A stretch of 62,021 bases of DNA, from IMG/VR virus record IMGVR_UViG_3300012665_000376, positions 1 to 62,021 of that record; one strand, 5' to 3'. The number at the start of each line of letters is the position of its first letter. The stretch's first letter is position 1. This DNA comes from a virus. Taxonomy: Duplodnaviria > Caudoviricetes. Under the pieces are notes generated by a model. The model did not search any database, had not been told where the DNA came from, and saw only the letters and a program-made list of their open reading frames with translations. Of this stretch, positions 20,801 through 30,225 are shown in pieces. The position numbers and the translations under genes were made by a program.

Positions 20801-22583
20801 ATCCGTCTAATTTTTGTATTTGTTCAAATATAGGGTCATTAATTAACGCCTTTTGTTCAGGAGTTAAGGTCTCATCTTTTTCTACTCTATCAGCAATTGT
20901 ATATAACTCATCAGCTGATTTATCTAATTCATTCTCGTCAATTTCTTTGTTATTATTTAATCTTTCTTGAATAGGCGCTAGTGCATTATTGACACTATTC
21001 ATCATATCAGAAGTTTCATAATATTGACTAGCTACTTCTATATCTTTTTCTGACTGAGTCTTACGAGCTTCAGCAGCAGCTTTTGCTCCTGATGCATCAA
21101 ACTCATCAAATATAGCCTTTCTCTTATTATCTAAGTCTTCTATCTTTAAATCAAAAGTAGTAACCAAGTCTTCGTTATTAGTCATTGACTTAGCGTACTC
21201 ATAATCTTCTATTTTGTTAGTAAGTTTTAATACCTCAACACGTTCTTCAACAGGAAGATTTGCAACTAGTTTATAGTTGTCATTTGCAAGTCCAAAGTTG
21301 TATTTGTAAATATCATCTATTTTCTCTTTAGCAACTTGTTTCGCTTCTGTTGGAATTGATGGGTCATCAACAACTTCTTGTAATTTAGATATTTGTCTCT
21401 CTTGTTCTTTTGTTAAGTTCTGCTTAGATACAGAAGCTCCAATCGAACTAATTGAACCTCCCATAAATCCACCAATAAGCATAGAGTCATAAAAATCATT
21501 TATAGCTCTATCATAATCTTTTTGGTCTAATTTGCCGCTGTCAATAGTATCAACAACAAATCCTGCCGCACTTGCAATACCCTCTTCTAAGGATTCTTGC
21601 GCCATACCTTTAAGACCTTGTTTTACAACACCTCCCCAAGTACGAATAATTGCATCTTTCGCTTCTTTTCTACCTTGACTTTTGATTAGGTTTTTGATTG
21701 CGCTTTTTGCTCCATCATATGTGATATCTGCAATAGCTGCACCTGTACTACGAAGAGTCTTTAAGTCAGCGTCAAAAATCATCTCAGTTAAACCCTCGAC
21801 AACCCCTTTTAGTCCTGACTGAATTACATCTATTCCAGATACATCTTTGTCTTTCTCGTATTCTTCTTGAGCTGCTTGTGTTGAGCCTATTGTAGATGCC
21901 GCCCCAAATCTAGCTAATTTTGTTTCCCCAGCGGCTACAGTTGATATTAATTGAGGTATTTGTTTTACAGACTCAATTCCTAGTTTTAAGAATCCTTGAC
22001 CTGCATCCTCTCGCAATAATTCATTAACAGGCTTTCTTACGTTTTCCTGCTTAAGACCCATTGCTACTGCGCTTTTTTCAAGGTCAGGAGCTATAGAAGC
22101 ATTGTATGTAGACGCAAATTCAGACAACCATTGTGCAGGCGCTTCTACCACGTCTAAAATTGGCTTTATATCCTTTTGGTCTTCAGGATGCAAAGCATTC
22201 TTAATTGGGTTTGTAACTAATTTAGTTAATAATGTAGCTCCACCAGATACAGTGGATATAAGCATTTTCTGCAAAGAAAGTTGGAATGTTTCATTAAGAC
22301 CGCCCCAAAATCCATCCTCTTCCTGTTTCGTAGCCGTAGAAGGCTTCGCCGAAGATGATACCGTATCGACTTTTTTTTTAAATAAATTAATATCGTTGCT
22401 CTCTAATCCTGAGATATCTACTGGCACAACAACGTCTCCAAATTGCATCCCAAATCCGTTACCCTTTTTGCTTTCAATTAACTTGTTAGCATCAAAAGAA
22501 ACAGGGGTTACCATATTGGTTTCTTCGTCTAATATGCCATATCCATTACCACGAGAACTTTTAATTAATCTATTCTTAGCCAT
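14892..22583 (-). CDS. giant internal virion/ejection protein, polyvalent (zincin metallopeptidase, HhH-glycosylase-like domain, LPD38-like C-terminus)
   Basis: HEVTH...AEEFLSE zincin; SLSPQKDW...KIRNFY...VTMDTHA...QVQSITW domain; MDFHRGG...PYLNVAFQG; third gene of the ejectosome block after the tail muzzle. Confidence 0.75.
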   Translation of the reverse strand: MAKNRLIKSSRGNGYGILDEETNMVTPVSFDANKLIESKKGNGFGMQFGDVVVPVDISGLESNDINLFKKKVDTVSSSAKPSTATKQEEDGFWGGLNETFQLSLQKMLISTVSGGATLLTKLVTNPIKNALHPEDQKDIKPILDVVEAPAQWLSEFASTYNASIAPDLEKSAVAMGLKQENVRKPVNELLREDAGQGFLKLGIESVKQIPQLISTVAAGETKLARFGAASTIGSTQAAQEEYEKDKDVSGIDVIQSGLKGVVEGLTEMIFDADLKTLRSTGAAIADITYDGAKSAIKNLIKSQGRKEAKDAIIRTWGGVVKQGLKGMAQESLEEGIASAAGFVVDTIDSGKLDQKDYDRAINDFYDSMLIGGFMGGSISSIGASVSKQNLTKEQERQISKLQEVVDDPSIPTEAKQVAKEKIDDIYKYNFGLANDNYKLVANLPVEERVEVLKLTNKIEDYEYAKSMTNNEDLVTTFDLKIEDLDNKRKAIFDEFDASGAKAAAEARKTQSEKDIEVASQYYETSDMMNSVNNALAPIQERLNNNKEIDENELDKSADELYTIADRVEKDETLTPEQKALINDPIFEQIQKLDGYEFATKTDFTEVTERQTTKSSREIGRVERQGAAQSVANSRWAGNAVTVTSEDGTVTNTVAEVTPSGKVILKPKVSFNKKAKIRDEQNKAAKNPIVIDTNFTEFVESKFDEDGNVSGVVLRDNRNNTTFEVNNPDLALDIALKAKQDKLGTVSDAIFEQAVTEETVGMGFDWTTKLAGRKAPTVSPTTQQTTTTQQVEPTTNLTPRQAVEVDSEFEQRTDNPISNTLGAQVKTIISNAYKALTSVSPNSKMIIYDNEDSMIEGLVNEGVSRERAIEVSLGAGGLFNPATGNVHINKSSKDSAGNIINTLTGTTLPHEVTHAVLLPLAKQNPKEFANMVERILPFIPEPQRSRLQEFAGQYEEDGVDMQAEEFLSELAGMLTKGDVKFTPSRLHKIRMAIKEFIQKVAKKMNNQPLMKLADKLFPESSSAQEDMKFFTDLARSIQSGKSIDVSRIEKLIGNTEANQEVTGFRQQKITSVKNIDVKEIRTLSRAGNRVSKGLSVSTKNGKKVVQEAEDLSLEYVKANAPELFIANSNIIANYPLVSGIVNKSNITTIEDAQEVYDVFSREVANNLEYLMENFNENYKEVSTLWYDGANILAQDLSKKYGITKEQVAGVMASLSPQKDWYQNVRLAEMVLMAHEANPVMSKEMVEKQKLIAKEGLTPVKREVNKSKKAYEAAKKNVELVSENKESTKQDITAAKQVLKDSKEKLRSANDKYNKNLDNSNRVIDSIAELTGKRMYDVPDEMKGYYTRLWNEVNVTKDYDVLRPDGQVMGLAVKNDGEKAKVAWGSYTEINKANAIYLDGSQENITRSLGEMHKIRNFYNNIIDPMSKDQDVTMDTHAIAAALLMPLSGNSKQVGQNFGTGTKNSSPLGIKGLYYAYAEGYKLAAKETDLLPRQVQSITWEAIRGLFTATFKNSKQNVAKVESIWNNYANNKISIDEARKQIDEFAGGIKDPTWAKPVQEGGTENTQQGDVGRGVDGAGQGVVGESTRGGLKQQKVPNATQASKKAFEQKRKFDIKKFPTEVQKWLFDRQINIRRALADADMEFSLYALVNKAGAAPLANFKFQGIFKDIYSDLTKEEVARLDDFVFLRRVAAIDANFDNQRNLLLQKIKDLLDLRKIAETKEEISAIDKEIKDLKEKAATKNRPDHPTHTDVNGKDVTTNKESAEKTLADYKKSLGDEAYNKIYDKSNKYFSTFSDLLKYKYDNGLITKEEYDMYKDYNYSPRKFFEHMFGDTNANLYANRGVTLNQDEIKGIKDGSLDYLETDSMKLLHSAMVATEHKVMTNKALQTFFQEGAGKNLPFFKELNYERRADGSIATNKDGSLKFKESSYGFTNMIFKVNGVNQGFQLQSDLANEFSDVEKWNTNHSAYKILAKASGAQILRQLATGMNIGFFITNIPIDLLSQIHFNDVYNGGSVGVAGEYNKAISGTLSTAKSLIAKDKATSALALEYAQAGGLMMTQSQEGTSNRPILNKVEEALSYLGNISELASKLNAYKSVKEREIAKFESENNGQTPDAAAMEKIKSRAAYEARGAMDFHRGGLLTKYLDGFIPYLNVAFQGTRITVEYIKNNPVKFFNKIAQTGLGVMALTIYNMMVAGDEWDNDDLQQAKAGKLLVFSPFKNSDGTHSYAEIPVPTGVKSIWNLFQNMGEGMYYKNIAKTPEKLNGVLAKTFQEDLAMMLPKFTTMMPPSAKAIYEYAANKNLWTGRDVNYEVVNTKDEGRFNENVLGFYKMMAKVADNVGLEVSPARTQKAVEDMITNPHTNIAVGLAYTMMDKFVNLIPQSLGGLSPKEQSKYAGQKIGDFAVQPVSDLLGRATGTTDKKNNGKYINVQDIVEQENKNVGSFRQEIKYDLQKMAEDKTPMKEAVSYITSISDIGDKKYAANYYKALTEETYLAIPSNKFRYGAIAFGATSDESRAKVLYASFPNFNVLENEQVMRDLKIMGIANPMTMMYYKKIYENKGVLRER

Positions 22584-22627
22584 ATTGTTTTGTCTGTATT
22601 ATTTTAAGCCCTTATATTGGTAATCTA

Positions 22628-24112
22628 TTAAAACTCAGTTGCAGGAACACTTCCTGGCAAACTAACCGCTGAAGCAGCTGGAGCTGCAGGCGCTGTGTAC
22701 ATATCTATTGCATTTGGAAGATACTTTAATGCGTTAGCTATCGCTGCTTTTTTACCAGTTTTATATCCCATTGCAGAGTTTTTCAAGTTACCGAATGTTT
22801 CGCTATTCACAAAGTCAGCTGGTAAAGGGATTTCTTTGGCTACAGAGCCTTGCAATCCAGAGTTAATTTGCTCATTAATATCTTTAGATGGGTTTGGTAT
22901 GTAATACTTCAAGTATTTTTTACCATTTTTTTTAGTAAATATTTCAGATGCTATAACTTTTATTGTAGTGTTATCTCCTTTAACTAAATCTGTAGGGATT
23001 CCTCCTCCAAGATTATATCTTACAGTTCCATCAGGATTGAATTGAATTCCTAAGTTTTTATAATCTGTTAAACTTCTAGGCTCAGTGTATAGTTTTAATT
23101 GGGCTTCAGCATTTGCAGCCTGAGCATTTGCAACTCTAGTGCTTGCTCTAATTTGACCTATTTGAGCATTAAATAATACAGGCTCTTTTTCTGCTTTAAA
23201 TGTAGATGATTTTGCTTGTGCAGCTTCAACATCCAATTGAGCTTTACTTTTAGTTTCTTTTGCCGAAGCAGCTACCTTAATTTTGTTATTTAAGTTGAAT
23301 TCAACAATTTGCTCATCTGTTACATTAGCTGCCGCAAATCCACTTTGCTCTCTTAATAAAGGAATTAAAGTTGGGTCTTTAGCTTTTATTTCTGCTGTCA
23401 ATTGCTCTACATATGGCACTACCCTAGAAGTCCCATCTGGGTTAGTAATGGTAACGGTCTTAGGAATACTAACTTTACCATTTTCATCTATTTCCCAGTT
23501 TTTAGGTATTTCTCCTTTTATATCAGTAATACCTCCCTTAGTGTTTGTTATTTGTTTTTCGACAGGAGTATAAGGCGCAATTGACTTAAATGTATTAATG
23601 AATTTTTTGTTACCATCTAAATTATTAGTATACGTCTTAGAAAACGCAGCTTGTAAATCTCTTGGGTTTTTAATAAGATTTTCATTACTCATTAAAGAGC
23701 CAAGGTCAGCATAATATTTCTGGAAACTTAACAAATCTTCTTTTGAACCAACACCTAATTGCAATGCTTTTTCGTATTCTTTAGCAGCTAAATCATAGCC
23801 TGTCTTAAGGTCTTTAATATCTGAAACAGCTCTTCTAATTTCTCCAATTTTATCATAATCAAGTTTGCCATTTTTCATTATAGCAGCGCCTGCATTACTT
23901 AACAAATTGTTAGCCTTAGATGAGATACTTTGTTGACCATAAATATTTACATCCTTTTTGAGGGCTTCAATATTAGCAAATGTGTTTTCTGCAAACGCAT
24001 AATCACGCTGCTGTTGTTGAATAATTTGCGTAAAAATGTTTCCCAGCGCAGAACCTGTCTGCTGAAAATCTTGTCTTATACTTTCTGCTGGGTTATAAAC
24101 GTATCCTGCCAT
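22628..24112 (-). CDS. internal virion/ejection protein
   Basis: 494 aa, helical, between the Gly-rich ejection protein and the giant protein. Confidence 0.6.
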   Translation of the reverse strand: MAGYVYNPAESIRQDFQQTGSALGNIFTQIIQQQQRDYAFAENTFANIEALKKDVNIYGQQSISSKANNLLSNAGAAIMKNGKLDYDKIGEIRRAVSDIKDLKTGYDLAAKEYEKALQLGVGSKEDLLSFQKYYADLGSLMSNENLIKNPRDLQAAFSKTYTNNLDGNKKFINTFKSIAPYTPVEKQITNTKGGITDIKGEIPKNWEIDENGKVSIPKTVTITNPDGTSRVVPYVEQLTAEIKAKDPTLIPLLREQSGFAAANVTDEQIVEFNLNNKIKVAASAKETKSKAQLDVEAAQAKSSTFKAEKEPVLFNAQIGQIRASTRVANAQAANAEAQLKLYTEPRSLTDYKNLGIQFNPDGTVRYNLGGGIPTDLVKGDNTTIKVIASEIFTKKNGKKYLKYYIPNPSKDINEQINSGLQGSVAKEIPLPADFVNSETFGNLKNSAMGYKTGKKAAIANALKYLPNAIDMYTAPAAPAASAVSLPGSVPATEF

Positions 24113-24114
24113 TA

Positions 24115-25110
24115 TTATTTCTTTAAGAAGCTAAACATATTAAATGCAGGGGCTGCAGGCGATGCATATGGACCTGGCGAAGAAGAAACTCCATAGTTAT
24201 AAGGAGTTGGAGTTGCTGCTCCTGGCGCCATCATATTTGTATTAAAATATGAAGAAGCAACTGGCGCCGCACTTCCTCCAAATCCTGAAGAAAGAGAACT
24301 TGCTGCAGTGTTCCAATTTGTACCCCCTTGGCTGCCTATGGTACTAGTTCCAGGATACATTTTACTTAGCATATCCATATTTGCTTTTTGGTTTTGCATC
24401 CCCATTAATCCTGTACCTAAACCACTTGCAATTCCCCCAATACCTGACAAGATAGAGCTTTGAGCATCAGCTACTGCAGCCGCTTTAGCTTGCTCTCCCT
24501 CAAATAATTGTTGCTCTAAATTCATTTCTGCCTGAAGTTTATTTTGGCTTACGCCCATAATACCTGCTTGCCGAGAAGATAAAGAAGAAAACTCTAAGCC
24601 TCTTTCTCTTGCTGAAGCTGCAGCTGTTTGACCTAAAGCAGCTAATTGATTTTGCTGAGCTTGGTTTTGCATTGCAACTTGTTGTTCAGAAGCGCGCGCG
24701 CTAATAGCATTTTGAGCTTGATTTTCCCCTTGCTGAGATATTAATGCGGCTGTCATAATATCAGTTCCGCTACCTGCTCCTCTTGTAGCTGCAGCTAATG
24801 CATTAGCAGATGTTAAAGAAGCCTGGTCTCTAGCAATTTGTTCTCCAGCTCCACGCGACATTCCAGATGCCATACGTTTTGCAAAATCTGTTTGCTGTTC
24901 TACTTTTTGATAGCGTGAAATATCTCCTTGATATGTTGGCATAGCTTTTGCCTGAGACATTAAGTCTCCGTATCCAGAATTTAGTTTATCTCTTTGTTCG
25001 GCAGCAAAACGACGTTGACTGCGCACTTGAGATAATGCTTCGTTCTTTTTGCCAACGGCTCCAATTACGTTCATAATTCCTCCTGCCGCGCCTAAAATTA
25101 ATGGTAACAT
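24115..25110 (-). CDS. ejection/pilot protein (A/Q/G-rich)
   Basis: hydrophobic Gly-rich N-terminus, coiled coil, GIGGIASGLG segment; directly after the muzzle gene. Confidence 0.7.
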   Translation of the reverse strand: MLPLILGAAGGIMNVIGAVGKKNEALSQVRSQRRFAAEQRDKLNSGYGDLMSQAKAMPTYQGDISRYQKVEQQTDFAKRMASGMSRGAGEQIARDQASLTSANALAAATRGAGSGTDIMTAALISQQGENQAQNAISARASEQQVAMQNQAQQNQLAALGQTAAASARERGLEFSSLSSRQAGIMGVSQNKLQAEMNLEQQLFEGEQAKAAAVADAQSSILSGIGGIASGLGTGLMGMQNQKANMDMLSKMYPGTSTIGSQGGTNWNTAASSLSSGFGGSAAPVASSYFNTNMMAPGAATPTPYNYGVSSSPGPYASPAAPAFNMFSFLKK

Positions 25111-25121
25111 ATCTTATATTA

Positions 25122-28100
25122 TTATGAGTGTCCTGATACTGCTTGTACTTCTATATCTAAGGAGTTTAATCTCATATTCTGAGTTTTATCCTTTAAAGAT
25201 ACAACAAAATTATTTAGATAGCCAACAATGTACTTTCCTGATATAATATCTCCGCTATTACTAGTGTCCCTTAAGACGTGAGCGTATAGTCTATTATCCT
25301 CTGCTATAAAGTTTGATTCAACAATAGCGCTTGCCTGACCATTTTCATTAGATATAGCAATACTAAGCAAATTAGCCTTTACCATATTAGCTTGGTCATA
25401 AATACCAGCTACTGTTTGCGTATAGTCCATAACGTTCATATTGTGCGACACAGACACGTTCAATGGCATAACTGGCAATCTACTATTTAGCGTAAAAGTA
25501 ATGGCAGAATTGGCAGCAGGAGCCCCTAGGAATGCATTATATCCTGACTGCAATGACTTATAAACTACACCGCCTTTAAACAATACCATCTTATCTCCGT
25601 AGCTTTCTGCGTGGTCTATTTTAAACGTGTACTTAGATATCCAACGCTTCAAAGTGTCTGAGTATCCTAAAGAGAACGTTTCGCTTCCAATAGACACAAA
25701 GCACATATTATAGAATGGGTCAAAAGCAAATGTAGCAGCACCTGATTTGGTCAGAAACTCTGAGCGCATATATGTATCGCTTACAAGCTCAATTCCTTGT
25801 TCGTTATATTTGATAACTTTCTTGTTATAATTGTCCCACCACCAAATATTTCCTTTGTAATTAAAGGCAGATTGCTTGTCTTGTAATCCATAGTTATAAC
25901 CAAGATTACGAATAGTACCAATAACATTGGATGAAATAGATAGGATACCCTGGTTATTTCCCTGTGTCAATTCTTGCTCTCCTAATAAAACATAGGCAGA
26001 TTCGTTTTGACATAACGCAAGCAACATCGTTCCATTGCCTTGCAGCCTTGATGCTCTTTGCAATGATATAATTTCTCCATTTTCCACAGGTACATCTGCG
26101 CTATCTAAAGCAAAGAATGAGCTAAGGTTGTTTATCTTAGTTCCTGCCACATAATTACCTCCATATCGGATTGTATTCTTTCTGCCAGTTGGGTTAAGAT
26201 TCTTAGACACAAGAACAGTTGGCTTGCCAGCTGATGTGTTCCAGAATTGTCTTGATGTAGCTGTAGATGAAGCTCTTCTAACTAATTTTGCAGTTGTTCC
26301 TGAAATAATAGCAGATGGATTATATGTCGTCTCTGTAGTAGGGGCTATTCTGTCTCCGTTTAAAGTAAACTGAATAGCAGGATATCCATCTGATGCTGTA
26401 AAACTAATTTGTGCAGCAGCAATGGGTCCATAAGAATCAAATACTAATGTAAGTTCTACATAAAACTTATCATCTGTTACAATGTCAGCGCTAGAATTAA
26501 GCTCAATATCTTGAACTAAGACATCATTCGATGTACCAGCTGTTTCAAGATTGCCCTCGGCTAAAGTTTTTATTGTACCAAATGCTACCCCAGCACCATA
26601 TGTTTCTGTTGCAACATTATATGACATTTTATATACTTGCGCTCTTAAGCTATAAGTTATATATCCGCCAGTATTTCCATAAGTATTGATTACAGACCAA
26701 GTTTTTTTAATACGATATGTGAGGGTTAGTTTATTAGCACCTACTTCTTGGTCTGCAGAATCGTAATATCCTAATATTTTAAGCTGAGGACCTGTACTTC
26801 CCTCTATTCCATCACTTGTAATAATTGTAGCTCCATCTTGATTAGCATCGACTACAAATGAAGTAAAAAAAGGAACTTGAACAACATCAGAGATAGTGGT
26901 TGATGGTCCAGCTGATGAAGACTGCATCGAAAACGTAGCAATATTTGCGGTAGTAGTTGCGTTTTGAATATATTCTTTTGGATTCGACTTATACTTGGTA
27001 TATATAAATGGCGCAGTAGAATAAACAGGTAAGTCAATTTTAGAGAATACCATATCTCCTAATAATTTATTCGTGCCTAATGTGCCATCTCCTGAAATGT
27101 CTTTATTAGTAGATGAAGCCCATCCGCTAATATCCATTAAGTTTCCATACTCATAGAACAACAGTGACTCATCTTCTGGGACTTGCTTAGGGGTATAAAT
27201 CTCAAAGTATAAGCTCTTCGCGACTGGGATAACTGGATTACTCATAACTCCTTTGTCATATTTGCAATAAAGGAAGTTATCGTTCTGGCTTTCTATTTTA
27301 AGGTCAAGTAAGCCGTTAGGTGTATTAATAGAAATTCTATCGTCTTCTGAAAAGTTATAGATATTCCCCGCTCTAAACATACCCATTAAATCAACCACTA
27401 AGAATTTAACATTCTTAACTTGCTTATCGGTTAGCGACTGAGTAATAGTTGTAATCTCCGTAACAGCTTTTGTTGTAGGCAAAGTAGTTAAAGTAGTTAA
27501 CTCAAAAAAGACATTACTAGCATATCCCTCATAAACATATGATTTAGAAATATTCTTGGTATATACTAATTGTGCATACTTTGCCCAAGATGGCTTTGCC
27601 CAAGTAGACCCAAGCGCAACTCTAATTGTCGGCAATATTGGGTAAGCAAACTTACCTGTATTAAACTTAACGTATTTCTCAACGCCACGCGTCTTCATAG
27701 CCTCATCATAGTAGGCTAATCCAATACCATAAATAGAGTTATTTGAAAATGGTTTATAGTAAGCTACTGATGTGGATTCCTTGCTGCTAAGTGCTGCCTC
27801 AGCAAAATTGCTAGAGGATAAATAACTTCCATATGTACCACTTGTTGTAGATGGCTCATATCCGTTGCCAGCTAGTTTGGTAATAGTAAAGTCTAAGTTT
27901 GCAGAAGAAATATCGTAATCATCTACAATGTTGGCTAAAAATACGCGATTCTTTGCAATCTCAATATGTTTAGCGCTAATAGGAACGGCATCAAATGGCT
28001 TAGCAGTGGTTACTATGTCTAAGCTTTCATAGATTTGACCTGTCCAAGAAAAACTTGTATCAGTTCCAATTTTAGCAGTATCTATTCGTCTCCAAATACC

Positions 28101-28817
28101 TGCATTGCCAATTCTTCCATATAGCTCAAAATACTCTGCATTAGCAGGCGCTCCTGAAAAAGAATAAGTAAATGCGTAATCTGTTACGCCTACCTCAGCT
28201 TTATACATTTGAGAGTAAGCGCTCATTGCCGAATACTCGCCTGACTTGTATTGATATCTGCCACAAAATTGAAAGTCATTTGTTTCTAAGAACTCCAATC
28301 CAGCCTCTGGGGTACTCACTGTTTTACTTACAGTAAACACATTATTAGGAGTTCTTTTAACTAATGTTAAATCTCCAATTGCAGGAGTTACAGCAGTTGT
28401 CCAACCATCTAATGAAAACATTAATGGAGTGCCATTCGCGTGATAATTCCAGATAATACAATTGTCTAATACTTTAATATCTGGCGCAAAATCTGTGCTT
28501 ACACTATGTGGATAGCTTAAAATTAATGTTTTAGAATCTAACGTTGTAGGAATTCTATAAATATACGCTGTAGCGCTACTTACTGTTAGAACATAAATCT
28601 GTCCGTCTGCAGATTGGTGTGTATCTTTAATTGTATGAGTAGAAAAATCTATCCCCGCAGCAGTAATAGACTCAAGCATTTTAATCGCTCCAGCACCACC
28701 CGTTTTACCTGAATCAAAGATTATATTAGTTGCATCTGAATAATCGCCCTCTGGCAATAAATTCAAGTCTACATCTTTATTTAATCCGCCTGTAGCTTTT
28801 AAAGATACTTTAGCCAT
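25122..28817 (-). CDS. tail muzzle/stabilization protein (P22 gp10 / crAss muzzle-like)
   Basis: 1231 aa, N-terminal GGLNKDVD...LPEGDYSDATN motif, beta-rich, downstream of the ring proteins. Confidence 0.8.
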   Translation of the reverse strand: MAKVSLKATGGLNKDVDLNLLPEGDYSDATNIIFDSGKTGGAGAIKMLESITAAGIDFSTHTIKDTHQSADGQIYVLTVSSATAYIYRIPTTLDSKTLILSYPHSVSTDFAPDIKVLDNCIIWNYHANGTPLMFSLDGWTTAVTPAIGDLTLVKRTPNNVFTVSKTVSTPEAGLEFLETNDFQFCGRYQYKSGEYSAMSAYSQMYKAEVGVTDYAFTYSFSGAPANAEYFELYGRIGNAGIWRRIDTAKIGTDTSFSWTGQIYESLDIVTTAKPFDAVPISAKHIEIAKNRVFLANIVDDYDISSANLDFTITKLAGNGYEPSTTSGTYGSYLSSSNFAEAALSSKESTSVAYYKPFSNNSIYGIGLAYYDEAMKTRGVEKYVKFNTGKFAYPILPTIRVALGSTWAKPSWAKYAQLVYTKNISKSYVYEGYASNVFFELTTLTTLPTTKAVTEITTITQSLTDKQVKNVKFLVVDLMGMFRAGNIYNFSEDDRISINTPNGLLDLKIESQNDNFLYCKYDKGVMSNPVIPVAKSLYFEIYTPKQVPEDESLLFYEYGNLMDISGWASSTNKDISGDGTLGTNKLLGDMVFSKIDLPVYSTAPFIYTKYKSNPKEYIQNATTTANIATFSMQSSSAGPSTTISDVVQVPFFTSFVVDANQDGATIITSDGIEGSTGPQLKILGYYDSADQEVGANKLTLTYRIKKTWSVINTYGNTGGYITYSLRAQVYKMSYNVATETYGAGVAFGTIKTLAEGNLETAGTSNDVLVQDIELNSSADIVTDDKFYVELTLVFDSYGPIAAAQISFTASDGYPAIQFTLNGDRIAPTTETTYNPSAIISGTTAKLVRRASSTATSRQFWNTSAGKPTVLVSKNLNPTGRKNTIRYGGNYVAGTKINNLSSFFALDSADVPVENGEIISLQRASRLQGNGTMLLALCQNESAYVLLGEQELTQGNNQGILSISSNVIGTIRNLGYNYGLQDKQSAFNYKGNIWWWDNYNKKVIKYNEQGIELVSDTYMRSEFLTKSGAATFAFDPFYNMCFVSIGSETFSLGYSDTLKRWISKYTFKIDHAESYGDKMVLFKGGVVYKSLQSGYNAFLGAPAANSAITFTLNSRLPVMPLNVSVSHNMNVMDYTQTVAGIYDQANMVKANLLSIAISNENGQASAIVESNFIAEDNRLYAHVLRDTSNSGDIISGKYIVGYLNNFVVSLKDKTQNMRLNSLDIEVQAVSGHS

Positions 28818-28825
28818 TATGTTAA

Positions 28826-29584
28826 TTAGTTTTTAAGTGCACCGTGGATACCGCTTCTGATTAAACCAATCATTTCTGCGAAGTCCATTGAATTCATTCT
28901 TGCTCTAAATACGCGTCTTGCGTTTTGATAATCCTGTTGTGCTAATTGATACTTGCCAAGAGTAGAACCCTCTGCCTTAGCTGCCATCATAGTAATATAC
29001 TTGCTAATAACATCTGTCGCATAAGGAGTAACTACATTGGCTGTAGAACGAGATACCGCTGAAGTTATATAAGTTAATGTAACCTCAATTAAATCCATTG
29101 TATTGCTAAATACTAGCTCCGAATTAACAGTGTCAATATCATATGTCATCAAAGGATTTCTTTGACGACCATAGAAGCGACCAATTAACTCTCCTCTGGA
29201 GTTCATAGTCGCACCACCACTAATTAAGTTGTAGTTAAATTCAGCATCATAATTAACTGATTGTTCAGCTGGATAAGGAATTTTATTACCCTCAGTATCT
29301 CTGTTATACAGTTTGTTAAGATTGCGAACTCTTTCTAATGGGAGAAGACGCTCGCCGTGCTTTCCAGATAAATCCACAATGTCAACAAAGTCGCTAGGGA
29401 GAATAGCCCGACGATAATCAGTAACACTAAGAACAACAGTCTTAATATTGCCCATATCAAAGTCAAGAGATAATTCATCTAAGCATCGTAGTCCGTGATG
29501 TAAATATCGAGTATAATAGTGTAACGGCAAACCGTTATCTAACAAAGTATCTCTTACGATAACGTCTAAACTCTTTGTCTTCAT
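28826..29584 (-). CDS. tail ring/adaptor protein
   Basis: size, LPSDFVD motif and synteny. Confidence 0.65.
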   Translation of the reverse strand: MKTKSLDVIVRDTLLDNGLPLHYYTRYLHHGLRCLDELSLDFDMGNIKTVVLSVTDYRRAILPSDFVDIVDLSGKHGERLLPLERVRNLNKLYNRDTEGNKIPYPAEQSVNYDAEFNYNLISGGATMNSRGELIGRFYGRQRNPLMTYDIDTVNSELVFSNTMDLIEVTLTYITSAVSRSTANVVTPYATDVISKYITMMAAKAEGSTLGKYQLAQQDYQNARRVFRARMNSMDFAEMIGLIRSGIHGALKN

Positions 29585-30219
29585 TATTGTTGTTGTTTAC
29601 CAGCAATTTCCGCCTGAGATACACGACCGTTGCTAATTGTTTCTAAAACATCTGAAATGATTGCTGATTCAACTTCTGGCGAAATTGGTAGCACATCATT
29701 ATCTCCAAATTGACTTAAGTCCATTGTTAGCAAATTGACAATAACGGACGTAACTGTACCATTAGGCGTAGTTGTAATATTCTTAGTAAAATAAACCTTT
29801 TTACCTTGCAAATAATACCCAGTCTTTCCCTCTAAGTAGATAAGGTTTGCCCCCTGGAATACTAATACATCTTGTGCGGGAATTGGGATATAAGGAGTCA
29901 TTGCGCCAGTAGCTGCAGCAATAGACCAAATGCCCATATCCATTGGTAAATTTAAAGGGATAACAGGTAATGTAATATAAGCACGAGCATTTCCTGTTTC
30001 AGCTGTAACAGGGCAAGTGTACTCAATTAAGTTACACTTAGGCACGTCAATCATACCTGCTTTAAAAGATTCAGCTACCTGCAGCTTAAGCACCTTGTTG
30101 ATACTCTGACCTACAAGCAAAATAACCTCTCTTAAATCAATTACGTCAGACGGGTTGTCTTTATCTAGGAATCTAGCGTAAAGGCGCTGTATCTGTTCAG
30201 CTAAAATTGTCTTAGTCAT
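29584..30219 (-). CDS. tail ring/adaptor protein
   Basis: size and synteny. Confidence 0.6.
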   Translation of the reverse strand: MTKTILAEQIQRLYARFLDKDNPSDVIDLREVILLVGQSINKVLKLQVAESFKAGMIDVPKCNLIEYTCPVTAETGNARAYITLPVIPLNLPMDMGIWSIAAATGAMTPYIPIPAQDVLVFQGANLIYLEGKTGYYLQGKKVYFTKNITTTPNGTVTSVIVNLLTMDLSQFGDNDVLPISPEVESAIISDVLETISNGRVSQAEIAGKQQQ

Positions 30220-30225
30220 AACTTA

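Noticed and set aside
14892-22583. crAss-type virion RNA polymerase
   Set aside because: No DxDxD catalytic motif recognised, and host-type promoters precede both arms
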